A stretch of DNA of 64,000 nucleotides from Cetorhinus maximus (taxonomy: Eukaryota): NCBI RefSeq assembly GCF_964194155.1, contig NC_135909.1, positions 18,290,001-18,354,000 on the forward strand. The letters are read 5' to 3'. The notes under the pieces were generated by a model. The model searched no databases, had not been told where the DNA came from, and saw nothing but the letters and a program-made list of their open reading frames with translations. The position numbers and the translations under genes were made by a program. Positions 1 to 12,689 of the stretch are shown here, in pieces. Each line of letters opens with the position of its first letter. The first letter of the stretch is position 1.

Positions 1-140
1 CTTCCCCATGTTGACCACCATCGGCCACAGTTTTGTTCACTCACTGAATCTGTCAATGAGCCTTTGAAACTTGCTGCTCCTGCCTACACTACTAACCATG
101 TCACCTAACCTAGTGTCATCAGCAAACTTGGATATAGGCT
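1..140 (-). mobile_element. CR1-type LINE RT fragment
   Basis: Minus strand reads SKFADDT (RT FADD motif); decayed. Confidence 0.6.
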
Positions 141-454
141 GGAAGTTATTAAAATTTAAAATAAAACTTCAGGGAATGGGAACAGAACAGCCGGCTGACC
201 TGACAGAGCATCAGATCTGTCTCAACCACCACCCCCCCCGATTCTGAAAAACAACCGCTCGCCACCACTTTATCCTTTCTGTCCCTTATTCAATTTTGTA
301 TCCATGCTGCCACTGTCCTTTAATCCCATTTGCTTGAATTTTACTGACAAGTCAATTATGTGGGAGTTTTTCAAACGCCTTTGGAAGAGCAGAAACATAT
401 CATTAACCTTACTATCCTACTCTGAAACTTTGCCAAGAAATGTATTAAATATTT

Positions 455-1505
455 TTGGAGAGGATTTAAACCAGATTGGCAGGGGGATGGGAACCTGAGG
501 GCGGATTCAGATCGGACAAATTCAGAGCAGGGAGCGGGAGACAGAAAATTAGCGGGTGACTCTGAAAGACAGAAGAAGCAAAGGTTAAAATGTTTAAACA
601 CAGGAATTTGGCAAAGTTAAAAGGTATTTATTTCAATGCAAGGAGTAAAGCAAAGAAAGCCGATGAGCTGAGGGCACAGATGGACACGTGGTAGCATGAT
701 GATATTGCTATGACGGAAACTTGGGTTAAAGAGGTGCAAAAATGGCAGCTCAACATCCCTGGATAAAGGGTTTTCAGGCAGGATATAGAGGGGGCTGAGA
801 AGTGGGGGTGCAGCATTATTTGTCGAAGAATCAATTACAGCTGTGAGGAGGGATGATATATCAAATGGTTCATCAAATGCGGCTGGATAGTTTGAGCTCA
901 GAAATAAAAAGGCAGCAGCCACACTACTCAGAGTGTACGAGAGAACCCCAAACAGTGAGAGGGAGATAGAAGAGTAAATGTGGATGCAAATTTCTGAGTA
1001 CAAAAACGTTGGGGGAAAAATAGTTTGGTACTTCAATTACCCTAATATCAACTGGGGTACGAACAGTGTAATAGGCACAGAATTCTTGAACTGCATTCAG
1101 GGGAACTTTTTTGGCCAGCACGTAAGCCCAATGAGAGGGAGTGAAATTCTAGATTTAGTCTCAGGAAAATGAAGCTGGCCAAGTGGATGAAGGTGCAGTG
1201 GGTGGTCATTTTGGAGATAGTGACCATAATACAGTTGGATTTAATATAATCATGGAAAAGATAATGATAGAACAGGAGTGAAAGTTCTAAATTGGGGAAG
1301 ACAAATTTTATGAAGCTAAGAGTTGACCTGGCCAAAGTGGACTGGTTGCAGCTACTTGAAGGGAATCAGTGTGACAGACCAGTGGGAGGCATTCAAAAGC
1401 GGGATTCTACGGGAACGATGTATACATGTCCCCACAAAGAAAAAGGGCAGTACTGCCAAATCTAGAGCCCCCTGGTTATCTAGGAGTATACAAGGTCAGA
1501 TAAAG
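455..1505 (+). mobile_element. CR1-type LINE fragment (end of ORF1 plus ORF2 endonuclease, degenerate)
   Basis: Frameshifted remnants such as LKGIYFNARS, DIAMTETW and FNYPNINW, typical of the CR1 APE domain. Confidence 0.75.
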
Positions 1506-1509
1506 CAGA

Positions 1510-3095
1510 AGACATACCCTTGTGTTTCAAAGCCAAGTACGACTAAGTCAGCCCCAGTGAACGTGTTTAAGAAATCGCCCAATCCACAGCTACATGACTG
1601 GGGCAATTATGAGGTCATCCCCTGGCATATCACGTGAGAGCTGGAGCTGCAAGGTGGCGTAATGGTATTGTCACTGGACTGGTAATCCAGAGACCCGGGG
1701 TAATGTTCTCGGGACTGGAGTTCAAATCCCACCATAGCAAATGGTAGAATTTAAATTCAATAAATATCTGGAATTAAAGCCATTGAACCAATGAAACTAT
1801 TGCCGATTGTCATAAAAATGAATGTCCTTTAGGGAAGAAAATCTGCTGTCCTCACCTGGTCTGGCCTACATGTGATTTCAGACCCACAGAAATGTGCTTT
1901 ACCCTTTTTAAAAAATAGTGCCCTCTGTACAAGGGGATGGGCAATAAATGCTGCCCTAGCCAGCGATGTCCACATTCCGGGAACGAATAAAAAAAACCCA
2001 CAAGGCATCACCACCAGATTTGTGACTGGGTTCAAACCCCAACATCCTGTCACAATGACTTTTCAAGTAAAGCTGTCGGCTGCTTGAAAACACATCAGTT
2101 AAACTTTCTGCTTAACCACGAGGAGAACTTGGGAGACGTGTATTCAGAAAATAATTCAAAAACCTTAGAGATTGAAATCCTGTAAGGAAAAGTCAAGTTA
2201 TTATTGAAAACTCCGCTCAGAGAGCTTCATTGGACAGCAGAGAAATCAGGTGAAGAATCCAGGTAAATCGACAACAGCGAACCAGTCAACATCTAAACTG
2301 GATCAACTCCTGTGAAGGTCAATGAGTAAAAGCTGAGAGCTCTGTGCATCATCAGTTCATCAAGTAGAGATACAGCATTCTGTTTGGAATTTATTGATTA
2401 GGATTTACTGAACTGAATGGAGTAGACCATCATTGCAGAACAAGAAATCATTTCTAGATTTGTTTTTTAAACTTCCAGTTTGTTCAGACACTGACATCAA
2501 ATCAATTAAAATAACAGGGCAAATTAATTGTTAATTTAAAAACAAACCTGAATTGTGAATAAAGAAATTGGAACAATTAAATTACAAACAAGAACTCGAG
2601 TGGCCTGCGAGCTCAAATAGAGAAAGTGAATTGCAGAGTGAAGAGTTTAAAATGTGGATTTGTTGAGTGTGGGGATTAGGTGCAGATGGGGAAGGAGCTA
2701 CTGTGTAATTTAAACTAAGTGACAACAGCAGAAGTACAAAAGGGAAGGAGTGGAACACTCTAAATGATGAGAAGTTTAGTTAAACAGACAACTCATTTCA
2801 GTGAAATTTTGGGACAGCTGAGAGCTGTTGCCTACATATCCTGTGCTCAGTGGGAACTCCAAATCAGGCTGATGATAAATGTCAGATCCATAATACATTG
2901 GAAAACCAAGCAGAATACAGAAAGTACAGAGGAGAGCTGGAAAAGGAAATTAGATCAGCAGAGGGAGTCTATGAGAAAAGATCAGCAGTTAACGCAAGCA
3001 AAAACCCTGCAGACCTTTACCAACAAATGGAGAGTCACTGAAAGGGAGGCTGATTTGGAGATCCTATGGAGGCAGAGGGCATAGCTGAGGTACTA
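1510..3095 (+). repeat. Local segmental duplication, copy 1 (paralog at 23685-24905)
   Basis: Long colinear similarity, e.g. aaatcgcccaatccacagctaca-gactggggcaattatgaggtcatcccctggca in both copies. Confidence 0.85.
1653..1996 (+). mobile_element. tRNA-derived SINE with LINE-derived 3' tail
   Basis: A box (tggcgtaatgg), B box (gttcaaatcc), A-rich end; absent from the paralogous site at ~23820; tail matches LINE ends at ~4945-5013 and ~20385-20450. Confidence 0.8.
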
Positions 3096-3550
3096 AATAA
3101 GAACATTACATCTGCTATCACAAAACAAGCGAATGCTGCTAATGTCACAGTGATGGAGGAGCTGGTGGAGAATTTGTATAGGATGGATGAAAATAGATAA
3201 AGAGGAAGCAATTACAAGGTTGGCAACCCTTACAGTAGAAAATTCACCTGATTCAGATGGGATACATCCTGGATTACTGAGGGAAGGAAGGGTGGAAATA
3301 GGGACTTGATCCACAATCTTTCAATTCTCCTTGGACATGTGAGTGAAGCCAGTGAACTGCAGGTTGCTAATGTTACATCTGTATTTATAATGTATAGGGA
3401 TAAACCCAGTAACTACAGACCAGGTAATCTAATGGTCGTGGTGGGGAAATGTTGGGAGGCAATAATCTGGGATAAGTTTCATTGTCACTTGGTAGAACAT
3501 GGGTTGATAAATTACAACCAGCACAGATTGGTTAACAGAATATCAGGACT
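2880..3550 (+). mobile_element. CR1-type LINE ORF2 fragments
   Basis: Remnants of SPDSDGIHP, ANVTSVF and DKPSNYRP motifs. Confidence 0.7.
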
Positions 3551-3569
3551 GAAATAGAACCACAGGAGA

Positions 3570-4468
3570 GGTACAGCATAGAAAGAGGCCATTCAGCCCA
3601 ATGTGTCTGTGCTGACAAAAAAAGAAAAAACAATTAAAAACCTGCCCATTAAAATCCCACCTTCCAGCACCTGGTCCATATCCTTGCAGTTTCCAGTGCT
3701 TTAGGGGCAGATCCAGGTGCCTTTAAAAGGAGTTGAGGGTTTCTGCCTCCACCACCAAACAAGGCATCGAATTCCAAACACCCACCACCCTGTGGGTGAA
3801 GATGTTTTGCCTCATGTCCACTTCTACCAATCACCTTAAACCTGTGCCCTCTGGTAATTGACCACTGTGCTCAGGGAAAAAGGACATCCCTGCCTACTCT
3901 ATCTCGGCCCCTCATAGTCTTGTACACTTCAGTCAGGTCACCATCAGCCTCCTCAGTTCTAAGAAAAACAACCCCAGGCTATCCTATCTTACCCCATAGA
4001 TGCAATTTTCAAGTCCTGGCAATATTCTTGTAAATCTCCTCTGTACTCTTCCCAGCGCAATAATGTCCTCCCTGTAATGTGGTGACGAGACCTGTGCACA
4101 AAATTCCAGCTGTGGCTGAACCAGTGTTTTATACAGTTCCATCATGACATCCCTGCTTTTGTGTTCTAAACCTTGTCCAATAAAGGAAAGCATTCCATAT
4201 GCTTTCTTTACCACCTTATCCACTTGTCCTGCCACCTTCAGGGACCTGTGGATATGCACAAGGTATCTAACTTCCTCTATCCCTCCCAATAACCTATTTA
4301 TTGTGTAGTTCCCTAGCTTTGTTTGCATTCCCCAAATGCATTACTTCGCACTTCTCTGGATTGAATTCCATCTGCCATTTTTCCGTCCACTCAACCAAAC
4401 CATTGATATAATTCTGGAGACAAAAGCTATCCTTTTCACAATCAACTACAGGGCCAATTTTTGTGTCA
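3570..4468 (-). mobile_element. CR1-type LINE 3' portion
   Basis: Minus ORFs WQMEFNPEKCEVMHLG and LYKTLVQPQLEFCAQ..GRVQRRFTR, plus CR1 3' tail. Confidence 0.85.
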
Positions 4469-4469
4469 A

Positions 4470-5013
4470 ACTCCCCAAAGCCATCTACAAGGCACAAGTC
4501 AGGAGTGTGAAGGAATATTCTGCACTTGCCTGGACGAGTACAGCTCCAACAACTCCCAAGAAACTTGGCACCATCCAGTATAAAGCAGCCCACTTGATTG
4601 GCACTCATTCCACAAACATTAATTCCCTCCACCACTGATGAACAGTGGCAGCAGTACGTACCATCTACAAGGTGCACTGCAGACATTCACCAAGGCTCCT
4701 TAGGCAGTACCTTTCAACCCACAACCACGAAAACCTAGAAGGACAAGGGCAGTAGGTGCATGGGACACCATCAACTGGAAGTTCCCCTCCAGGCCTCTCA
4801 CCATCCTGACTTGGAAATATATCGCTGTTCCTTCAATGTCACTAGGTCAAAATCCTGGAACTCACTCCCTAACAGCACTTTGAGTGTACCTACACCAGAG
4901 GGACAGCAGTGGTGCAAGAAGGCAGCTCACCACCACCTTCTCAAGGGCAATTAAGGATTGACAATAAATGCTGGCTTAGCTCGCGACACCCACATCCCAA
5001 TAATGAATAAAGA
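4470..5013 (+). mobile_element. CR1/L2-group (Crack-like) LINE 3' end
   Basis: YKAQVRSVKEYSALAW motif; same family as 17830-18215 and 19670-20452; exact clade uncertain. Confidence 0.7.
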
Positions 5014-5594
5014 AAGGATAATATCCCAAGGTTGCATACCGCCATTGTCACTTTGCGACACCGCCTTGTGCTATTCCCCAAATGTTCTGGAATGGCAGCC
5101 CAAATCCCCAGACCATTATCCTCCCTTCAGCCAACATTCTGTCCCTTGATTAAGTCCATCCTGAGAAAGAGGTACTCGGCATTCCTAGTTCCTCTGCAGA
5201 CATCCGGTTGCTGCTAATGGACCAAAAGGCCTCTGGCACAGCCCTCTAAGCATATCTCCATTAGACCATGCAGACAATACCTGCTTCATAGATAACAATG
5301 GCGGGAAGTATAAGCAATTTCAGTGTACGCATTCTGTGGAAATAGAGGATTCAAGATAAAACAGAATTAAAAATACTGAACATCCTCAGGGAGCCGGACT
5401 CAAGTCAAAGTGGAAAAATCCCATGGATTTATAGACGAAAGCTTTAACCACTGGACAATGGCAGCTGAAATCACCCCCCTTTTATACAGAGCAAAAATGT
5501 TCCTACACTGTTTCACTTTTGTTCAAGTTGTTTATAGTCAAATGAAGAAAATAAAATGTTGGAGAGAATTTCCTTCATTTATGGAAACACCAAC

Positions 5595-5840
5595 AGGGTT
5601 GAAAGGGGAAAGGATTAGGGGGAACTTCTTCACTCAGAGGGTGGTGAGAGTGTGGAACGAGCTACCATCTGACGTGGTAAATGCGGGCTCACTCTTATAA
5701 ATTGGATAGATACATGGATGGGAGAGGTCTGGAGGGTTATGGACTAGGTGCAGGTCAATGGGACTAGCGGAATAATATTTCGGCACAGACTAGAAGGGCC
5801 GAATGGCCTGTTTTCTGTGCTGTAGTGTTCTATGGTTCTA
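5595..5840 (+). mobile_element. CR1-type LINE 3' end
   Basis: RGNFFTQRVVRVWNELP and tail gggccgaatggcctg..tgtgctgta..ttctatggttcta. Confidence 0.8.
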
Positions 5841-6797
5841 GCCGCCAGTTGTCAATCACTCAGCCCCATCAGACCCACCCACACTGACGGGAGCTTCCTG
5901 CATCCAGCACTGACCCTGTCGCATTCACCAGCTGCTCACCCAGACCCCACTCTCACAAACACTGAACATGGCGACCCAACCCAGACTCGTCCCCTCCACA
6001 CTGACAGATACAACACGGTCACACTCTCCTTCAGTGAGATGAATGTCGCCAGCGGTTTCTTTTGAAGAAATTGTGGCTGATTGAGGCACTTTGAAATTCC
6101 TGATTATTTGTACTGAATCAGTCACAAACCCCTTGGGATTTTCGTGGAGTGATACCTAATATCCCTCTTTGTGAAAGGCTATTTAAGATAAATGATAATC
6201 TCTTTCGGTGAAGCAGGTTGTGAGGAGAATTCCTTGAAATGTTTACGTGCTGTCACGTTAACAACATGTAAACAATTGACACTTTTATTCACAAATAAAG
6301 TTAAACCAAATGTCGGCCCCGATGTTAGCCCAGAACATTCAGCATTTTAAACGGAGTGGGAATCAGTTTAAACACACATCTTCAGTGAGTTCTCAGAAAA
6401 CAGGATTTAGCAACTGATTGTTGCAGCGTTCATGCAGTCACCTGTTTTTATCTCTTCCTCTTATGAAGTTTGAATCCTCTCGCTGACCCAGTGATTTTTT
6501 TTCTTGTTCTGTTCTCTTGTTCTTCCAAAATCTCGATGTCAGTGTCCTGAGCCTCTACTATTAAATAGAAAAGCGCCCATCTCTTCCAATAGAAACGATC
6601 GAGGGAGTTTCTCAGTGTGAGTGGCCAATTTCCACAAATCTCTTCTTTAGTCAAAGAAACAAAACTCTCTTTGCATTGAAAGAGTAGAAGATAATCTATT
6701 GCACAAAGATGGACAATTTGAACCAGCAATTCGGAAGTCCTCACCCGAACCAAGCCATATTTTGCACAGGTCAGCTCAAAAGCTTGGTAATTAAATA

Positions 6798-6871
6798 AGG
6801 CTCCGCTGGGATTTGAAGCCAGGATCTCCTGTTTACTAGACAGGCGCTTTAACCAACTAAGCCACAGAGCC
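6798..6871 (-). tRNA. tRNA-Thr-AGT: tRNA-Thr(AGT), variant T-arm (possibly non-functional)
   Basis: GGCTCTGTGGCTTAGTTGGTTAAAGCGCCTGTCTAGTAAACAGGAGATCCTGGCTTCAAATCCCAGCGGAGCCT closely matches vertebrate tRNA-Thr-AGT; G53>C breaks the B box and the 53-61 pair. Confidence 0.85.
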
Positions 6872-7313
6872 AAGATTCAGTCATAAATACTTTAATCACG
6901 GATCCAAACTTCAGGAGTTCCTGGAAAACAGGATTTAGTCATTGTTTTTTCCAGTATTTATACAGTCACCTGCTTTAATCTCTCTTCCTCTTATTCCCCG
7001 GAATGATGTTTGAATTTTGTCACTGACCCAGTGATTTTTTCACTTGGTCTTCCAAAATCTCGATGTCAGTGTTCAATTGTGAAATAGAATTGTACCCATC
7101 TCTTCCGGTATCAAGAGTCTCTCAGTGTGAGTGGCCTCTTCCCCCAAATGTCTTCCTCAGTCGCAGAAACAAAACTCTGTTCTTGTGTTAAAATCTTTGC
7201 AGCTGTTCAACGATACAGGGAGAGACTATTTTAAACTACAATTCTAGAACAAAGACAGATTTCGCCCTGTTATGACGGAAGTGCGTAATCGCACAGATCA
7301 GTTTCAACGAAAT

Positions 7314-7390
7314 AAGGCGCTGCTGGGATGATGAACCCAGGAGCTCCTCTCCACAAGGCAAGTGCTTTATCAGCTAAACCAGTAAGACTA
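7314..7390 (-). pseudogene. Degenerate tRNA-Thr pseudogene
   Basis: Same position in the duplicated unit; aggcgctgctgggat..gaacccagga..ctcct aligns with the intact copy; anticodon arm destroyed. Confidence 0.65.
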
Positions 7391-7404
7391 ATGATGCTCA
7401 GTTG

Positions 7405-7612
7405 AGCACATGGAAATACTGGAAATAATTCGCAGATCTGGCAGTATCTGTGAAACGAGGAATAGTTTACATTTCAGACAGCGACCCTTCACCAGAACGA
7501 CCTGAAACGTGAATCTGTTTCTCTCTCCACAGATGCTGTCAGATCTGCTGAATATTTCCAGCGTTTTCTGTCTTTGTTTCAGATTTCCAGCATCCACAGT
7601 ATTTTGCTTTTG
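7405..7612. mobile_element. Palindromic Penelope-terminus-derived repeat
   Basis: Inverted arms (ctggaaata..cagatctggcagtatctgtg / cacagatgctgtcagatctgctgaatatttccag); related copies at 39133, 40069, 42708, 44568, 58363. Confidence 0.65.
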
Positions 7613-8064
7613 GACCAAAGGACAATGTGTTGCCTTTCCTGCACTGAGGGTTATTGCAGGTCTCTCTGGCTGTGATTATCATTGATTATCCATCTCTGGG
7701 CTCTTTATGATTCCGTGAGTTTGCCATAATTTGGGAGTGAGCGCCAGACAAAAAGACGTAATTAGCTGATTTCTCTGTAAACTTTTCGAATCTCTGCCTT
7801 TTCCGGACCTATAACAAATTCATAAATGAGGGAATCACACACATCACTCCCTGAAACTCCCCCGCCAAACATTGAGCGGTTTATCGTGAGGTGGTTCCAT
7901 TTACTGTATTCAGACACACACCTGGTATCAAAGTAGCCGTGTTCGGGATGTGACTCACACACACAGTTTTATGCTTGGATGTCGGATATGCTGCGATATG
8001 AGGTGATGCTCTTTCCATAGAAACATAGAAAATAAGAGCAGGTGTAGGCCATTCGGCCCTTCTA

Positions 8065-10860
8065 AAAAGCAGGTCTACAGACCAATGAAGGCTGAGCTTT
8101 CATAAAAAACGCCATGAACTGAAGAACAGATGTTGGGTGGAAAGAGCTCAGGAAATACAACAACTCACCAGCAGTCAGGCATGTGAGGATTCTTCAGTGC
8201 AGTCAAGACCATTTACAGCTCAAGCACAAAAGTACCTACCCCACTGAGAACTCAGAATGTAGTGGTGCTTATTAAGCCCAGTGGAAGTAGCACTCGCTGG
8301 AAGGAACATGTCCAGGCTCCCCTCAACTGAGACTCAGTCCTCGACATGAGTGCCCACGACCACATTCCACAGCATGCTACCCACCACCAGCTCAGCACAA
8401 TCCCAGCCCGACATATGGTTGGAAAGGCCATCCGACAGCTAAGAACCATCAAGGCCAGTGGCGCAGATGGAACCCCACCAAAACAGTGAAATACGGTGGA
8501 GAAATACTCTTAAAACAAATACATTACCACATCTCCCTCATCTGGAGGGAGGAGAGCATGTCAGGGGATCTCTGAGATGCCGCAATTGTGACCGCCTCCA
8601 AAAAAGGAGACCAGACTGACTGTGGTAACTATAGAGGGGTATCTCTGCCGTCTGCCACAGGGACGGTCGCTGCAAGAGTCCTCCTCAATTGCCCTCTCTC
8701 CATGCCTGAATAACTCCTACCAGAGTCACAATGCGGATCTTGTCCATCATGCGGCACTGTGGAAATGATCTTCACAGGAAGACAAGACCAAGGAAATGCA
8801 AAGAACAGCAGCAACCTCTATTCATGGCCTTTTTTGACCCCACAAAGGCCTTCAACTCTATCAACCGGGAGGGGCTGTGGAGCATCCTCCTCAAATTTGG
8901 CTGCCCACAGAAATTAGTCACCATCCTCCACCTGCTGCAGGATGACATGGAGGCCGTGATCCTTACCAAGGGATCTGCTGCAGACCCACACTAGGGAAAA
9001 CTGGGGTCAAGCAAGTCTGTGTCATCGCACCAATGCTCTTTTCAACTTTCCTCGCTGCAACACCCCCAACCCATGTAAGATTTTGGGGGTTTGGGGGCCA
9101 CAGATACCAGAATAGACAGTCAACTAGTCAGAAGTAATCTTAAGATAGTTTATTAAGAAGGAACTGTTTAGGTATGATATGTTAAGTAATTGGACAGAAA
9201 AAGCTCTATAATAGCCTGTGATAGCAGCATTCTGCCTTCTAGTCAAAGCGTTAGGGAACTCTTCCCTCAATATCTCCATCTTCCTCCTCCTCCTCTGGTC
9301 CATCTGAAGAAGGCAGCAACCCAATCAGCACCTCACCAGCACCGTTTATGGGGGGCTAGTAGCTTACCACTTGTCCGTCGTCTATCTAACTATTTTGACC
9401 AATGGATACAGGACAGGTAATCAAAACGTTAGGATGGATAACACCCCACCCCATCCCCACCTCACCCCACCCCGTGCATCACCCTGCTCAAGGTCAGCTT
9501 TTTAGTTTACATCTTGCTGAGGGTCATATCCTGTCCCTTTCTAAGCGCTCACATAGATAAACGGATGTACCAGATGCCATTCTATCAGCCTAGGAATGTC
9601 AACATGGCAGCCTGAAGACTGTCTGGAGGTTAAATTGTTTAAAAATTCTCCTTCCAGTGCGAGAATCAAGGCTGTTTTGCGATTCCCATAAAATGCAGAA
9701 AATACCCGCTTATTAAAGACCCCAATGTCTTTCACCCACCTCCATGAAGCTGCGCACCAGAGTGGGGCTACCCTATAGGACGAGTGGGAAACTACTCAAC
9801 CTGCGTCACCTCCATTTCGGAACCGAGATCACCCCAGCCTCTGTCAGCGAGCTGCAGTCCGCTGATGATGCTTGTGTATGCGCATACTCACAGGCTGATA
9901 TCCAAACTATCACTAACACGTTCAAGGAGGCGTATGAAATAATAAGACATGGGCTATGGTCCCAAAAGTTAAAGGTCCTCTACTAGCCTGCTCCCGTTGC
10001 AAACGCTGCCTCCCGACTGTCGAGATCCATAGCGAACCATTGGACAATGTGGATCATTTCTCACACCTTGGGAGCCTCGTCTCAGTGAGGGAAGATATCT
10101 ATAATGAAACGAAACATCGCCTCCAGTTTGCCAGTGCAGCCTTCGGCCGACTGTTTAAAGGAATGTTTGATGACAAGGACCTCAAACCCGGCCCCCAGCT
10201 CCTGGTCTACAGCGCTGCAGTGCTACCTGCCTCCTGTATGCATCACAGACATGGACAACGTACAGCAGACACCTTAAATCCCTGGAGAAATATCACCAGC
10301 GGCGCCTCCAAAAAATCCTGCTAATTCAATGGCAGGAGAGGTGCCCCAATATCAGTGTCTCCTCTCAGGCCAACATCCCCAGTATCGAGGCACTGGTTAT
10401 GGTTAATCAGCCACGTTGGCCGGGACACATCATCCACATTCCTGACACAAAACTCCCAAAACAAGCTCTCTACTCCGAGCTTCGTCACGGCAAGCGGTTC
10501 CCAGGAGGGTAGAGGAAACGTTTCAGTGGCTCCCTCAAACCCTCCCTGATAAAATACAACATCCCCACTGATTTGTGGGAATCTTTTGCTCGAGACGCCC
10601 AAACTGGAGAAGAAGCATCCGCGAAGGTGCCAACCATTTGGAACGTCTCCGACAGGCCCAGGTGGAGGCCAAGCACAAACAGCGGAAGGAGCGGAGCAAA
10701 ATCCAAGCATCCAACCCACCCGCCTCCTCAAACACTACCTGCCCCAACCTGTGGCAGAGTGTGCGGAGCCAACATTGGGCTCTTTACTCACCTCAGAACC
10801 CACACCCCAGAGTGGAAGAGAGTCATCCTCAGTCAGGAGGCACTGCCTAAGACAGGAGAG
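8065..10860 (+). mobile_element. RTE-clade LINE, degenerate, interrupted by a solo LTR
   Basis: DCGNYRGVSL, AFFDPTKAFNSINREGLWSILLKFGCPQK, LQSADDA and C-terminal CGRVCGANIGLFTHLRTH; many stops and frameshifts. Confidence 0.85.
9074..9734 (-). mobile_element. Solo LTR (ERV/Gypsy type), 661 bp
   Basis: TG...CA ends with inverted termini TGTAAGA/TCTTTCA; 4-bp TSD CCCA (9070-9073, 9735-9738); minus-strand AATAAA near 9150; RTE resumes on both sides. Confidence 0.75.
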
Positions 10861-11078
10861 TAAATTCTCCTGTGAGTGTCTCTGGGTGATGAGCTAATGG
10901 TGCTCGGAGCTCTCAGCTTTTACTCATTGACCTTTAGAAGGGTTGATCCAGCTTTCATGCTGACTTGTCTCTGGTGTCGTTTTACACAAATTCTTCACCC
11001 GATTTTCTGCTGCCTAATGAATCTCTCTCAACCGAGTTCTCAGTTATAGCTTGACTTTTTCTCACGGGATTTCAATCG
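10861..11078 (-). repeat. Inverted third copy of the ~200-bp core of the 1510/23685 duplication
   Basis: gagctctcagcttttactcattgacctt is the reverse complement of aaggtcaatgagtaaaagctgagagctc at ~2315-2342; also similar to ~24150-24180. Confidence 0.8.
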
Positions 11079-11104
11079 CCATGTTTTTGAATAATTTTGT
11101 TAAA

Positions 11105-11430
11105 GGATTTGCCCACAGCCAACTTCCAGGAGCAGCAATGTGATAAATACGAAGTAATTTGTTTTGAAGTCATGTTAATTGAGGGACAAATGTTGGCTCT
11201 GGCTCCCTGGAATAACTCCCCCGCCTCTCTCCAAAATTGTGCATGGTATCTGTTACCTGAGGAGGCAGATGGCACCTTAGTTTGTCATATCATCTAAAAG
11301 CTGGCACCCCTAATAGTAAAGAATTCCCACAGTACTGCACTGGAGAGTCAGACTGACTTACTGCTCAGGTTTTGAACACACATCCTCCTGCTATGTAAAA
11401 GCAAGAGACCTTTTGACTGAGCCGTAGCTC
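11105..11430 (-). mobile_element. Deu-domain SINE (SacSINE1/AmnSINE-like), degenerate
   Basis: Minus strand has gtgcagtactgtggga..ggtgcc..ttagatga..tctgcctcctcaggt..ccctcaattaacatgac..atcacattgctgct. Confidence 0.6.
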
Positions 11431-11939
11431 ACAGCAGAGAATAAAGCCGGCAGACAGTGTACTCTGTAAGGAGAGACAGAACTAGATTGCTCATTGGAGG
11501 AGTGTTCCTGGGTTTGAGAGCTAGACATTCGTCATTGAAAAAGATGGACTTTTTTTTATCATGGCAGGGAGAGAGAGTGTAGCAGGAATTTCGATTCCCA
11601 GTGTTACCTTTGGATTAAGGATTGGATATGATAAGCCGTCAGAGGCCAACAGGATTTAATGATGACAACTTTATCAGTCAGATTCACACATGAAGAAATC
11701 AGACATATTCTGTGGTGTGTGAGTATTATTGGTGCCTATATCACATTTCCACTGGCTGGAAGATATTATGTTTTATCATCACAGTCAGGTGATTTAGTAA
11801 AGATAGAACCTGGAGTTTTTCAGTGTTCCCAACTCCCTGAGCTTCTAGAAGAGGTAAAATATGTAACGCAATATCCTCTAATACCCCACAGACGGGGAGT
11901 AAGGATATATGACAATATCCAGCAATAAAGCACATTAGA

Positions 11940-12120
11940 AACCAAGACCCTATCTTCCCCTCTCAGAGGGATGTGAACAATCCAGCCAAACTATTGACAA
12001 CAAGAGAAGAGGAGTTTTACCCAGAGTCCTGGGGTCAATATTAGTCCCTCAAACAGAATCTCTGAAACAGGTTATTCAGTCATTGATCAGGTTGCAGTCT
12101 GTGAGATCTTTCTGTGTGCA
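11940..12120 (+). mobile_element. Deu-domain SINE fragment
   Basis: ccctctcagagggatgtgaa..gaagaggagtttt..gtcctgg..aatatt..ccctcaa resembles the Deu core. Confidence 0.5.
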
Positions 12121-12239
12121 TTCAAACAAAAACCTCACTTAAAAAGCCACGGCCCCTTCCCACCCCACCCCCTCCTGCCATTGGCCGTGAGGTTTTGTGT
12201 CTTCTTGAGGTTGCAAAATGTGCTGGAGAAATTCAAGTT

Positions 12240-12445
12240 CCTCCCCGCTCACGCAATCCCTCCAGTTTCCTCTGTTCCTTCAGCTCTCACCCCCCTCTCC
12301 CACGTCCTACTGTCTCCCTCCCATCCTCTACCCCTCTCTCCCTCCCTCCCTCTATTTCATGTTCTTTCCCTCCCTCTCCTCCTCCTTCTCAGCATCTCTC
12401 TCCTCCTTCTTTCCTCTCTCTCCACCTCCCTCGCTCTCTCTCTCT
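12240..12445. repeat. Pyrimidine-rich low-complexity tract
   Basis: Mostly C/T on the + strand. Confidence 0.8.
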
Positions 12446-12689
12446 TGTTGTGAAAGTCAACTTACCTTGACGTTGAGAGCAGAGGTCTGGAACTTCAAAT
12501 CCCGACAAGCCTCGCAATTGAGGCAATTGACGCTTTTTCAGTCCTTTAGGCTGAGGACTGGCCCAGCGCCCCTGTGCATAAAGAAAACAAAGGGGCAAAA
12601 ACCCGGGTCATGTGGCCAGGAGCATCAAAAACATTGGAGATAAAGTGTTCCAGGCAAGTAACAGTGAGAGGGGAAAGGGAGATTACCCC

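Larger units (their letters stand above)
6380..7390. repeat. Tandem duplication of a ~520-530 bp unit carrying a tRNA-Thr
   Basis: Units start at ~6380 and ~6909 and share gaaaacaggatttag, ctgacccagtgattttt and ttccaaaatctcgatgtcagtgt; each ends in a tRNA-Thr-like sequence. Confidence 0.8.

Noticed and set aside
10886-11078. Possible box C/D snoRNA (TGATGA near one end of the three-copy element)
   Set aside because: No conserved terminal CTGA or closing stem seen across the copies
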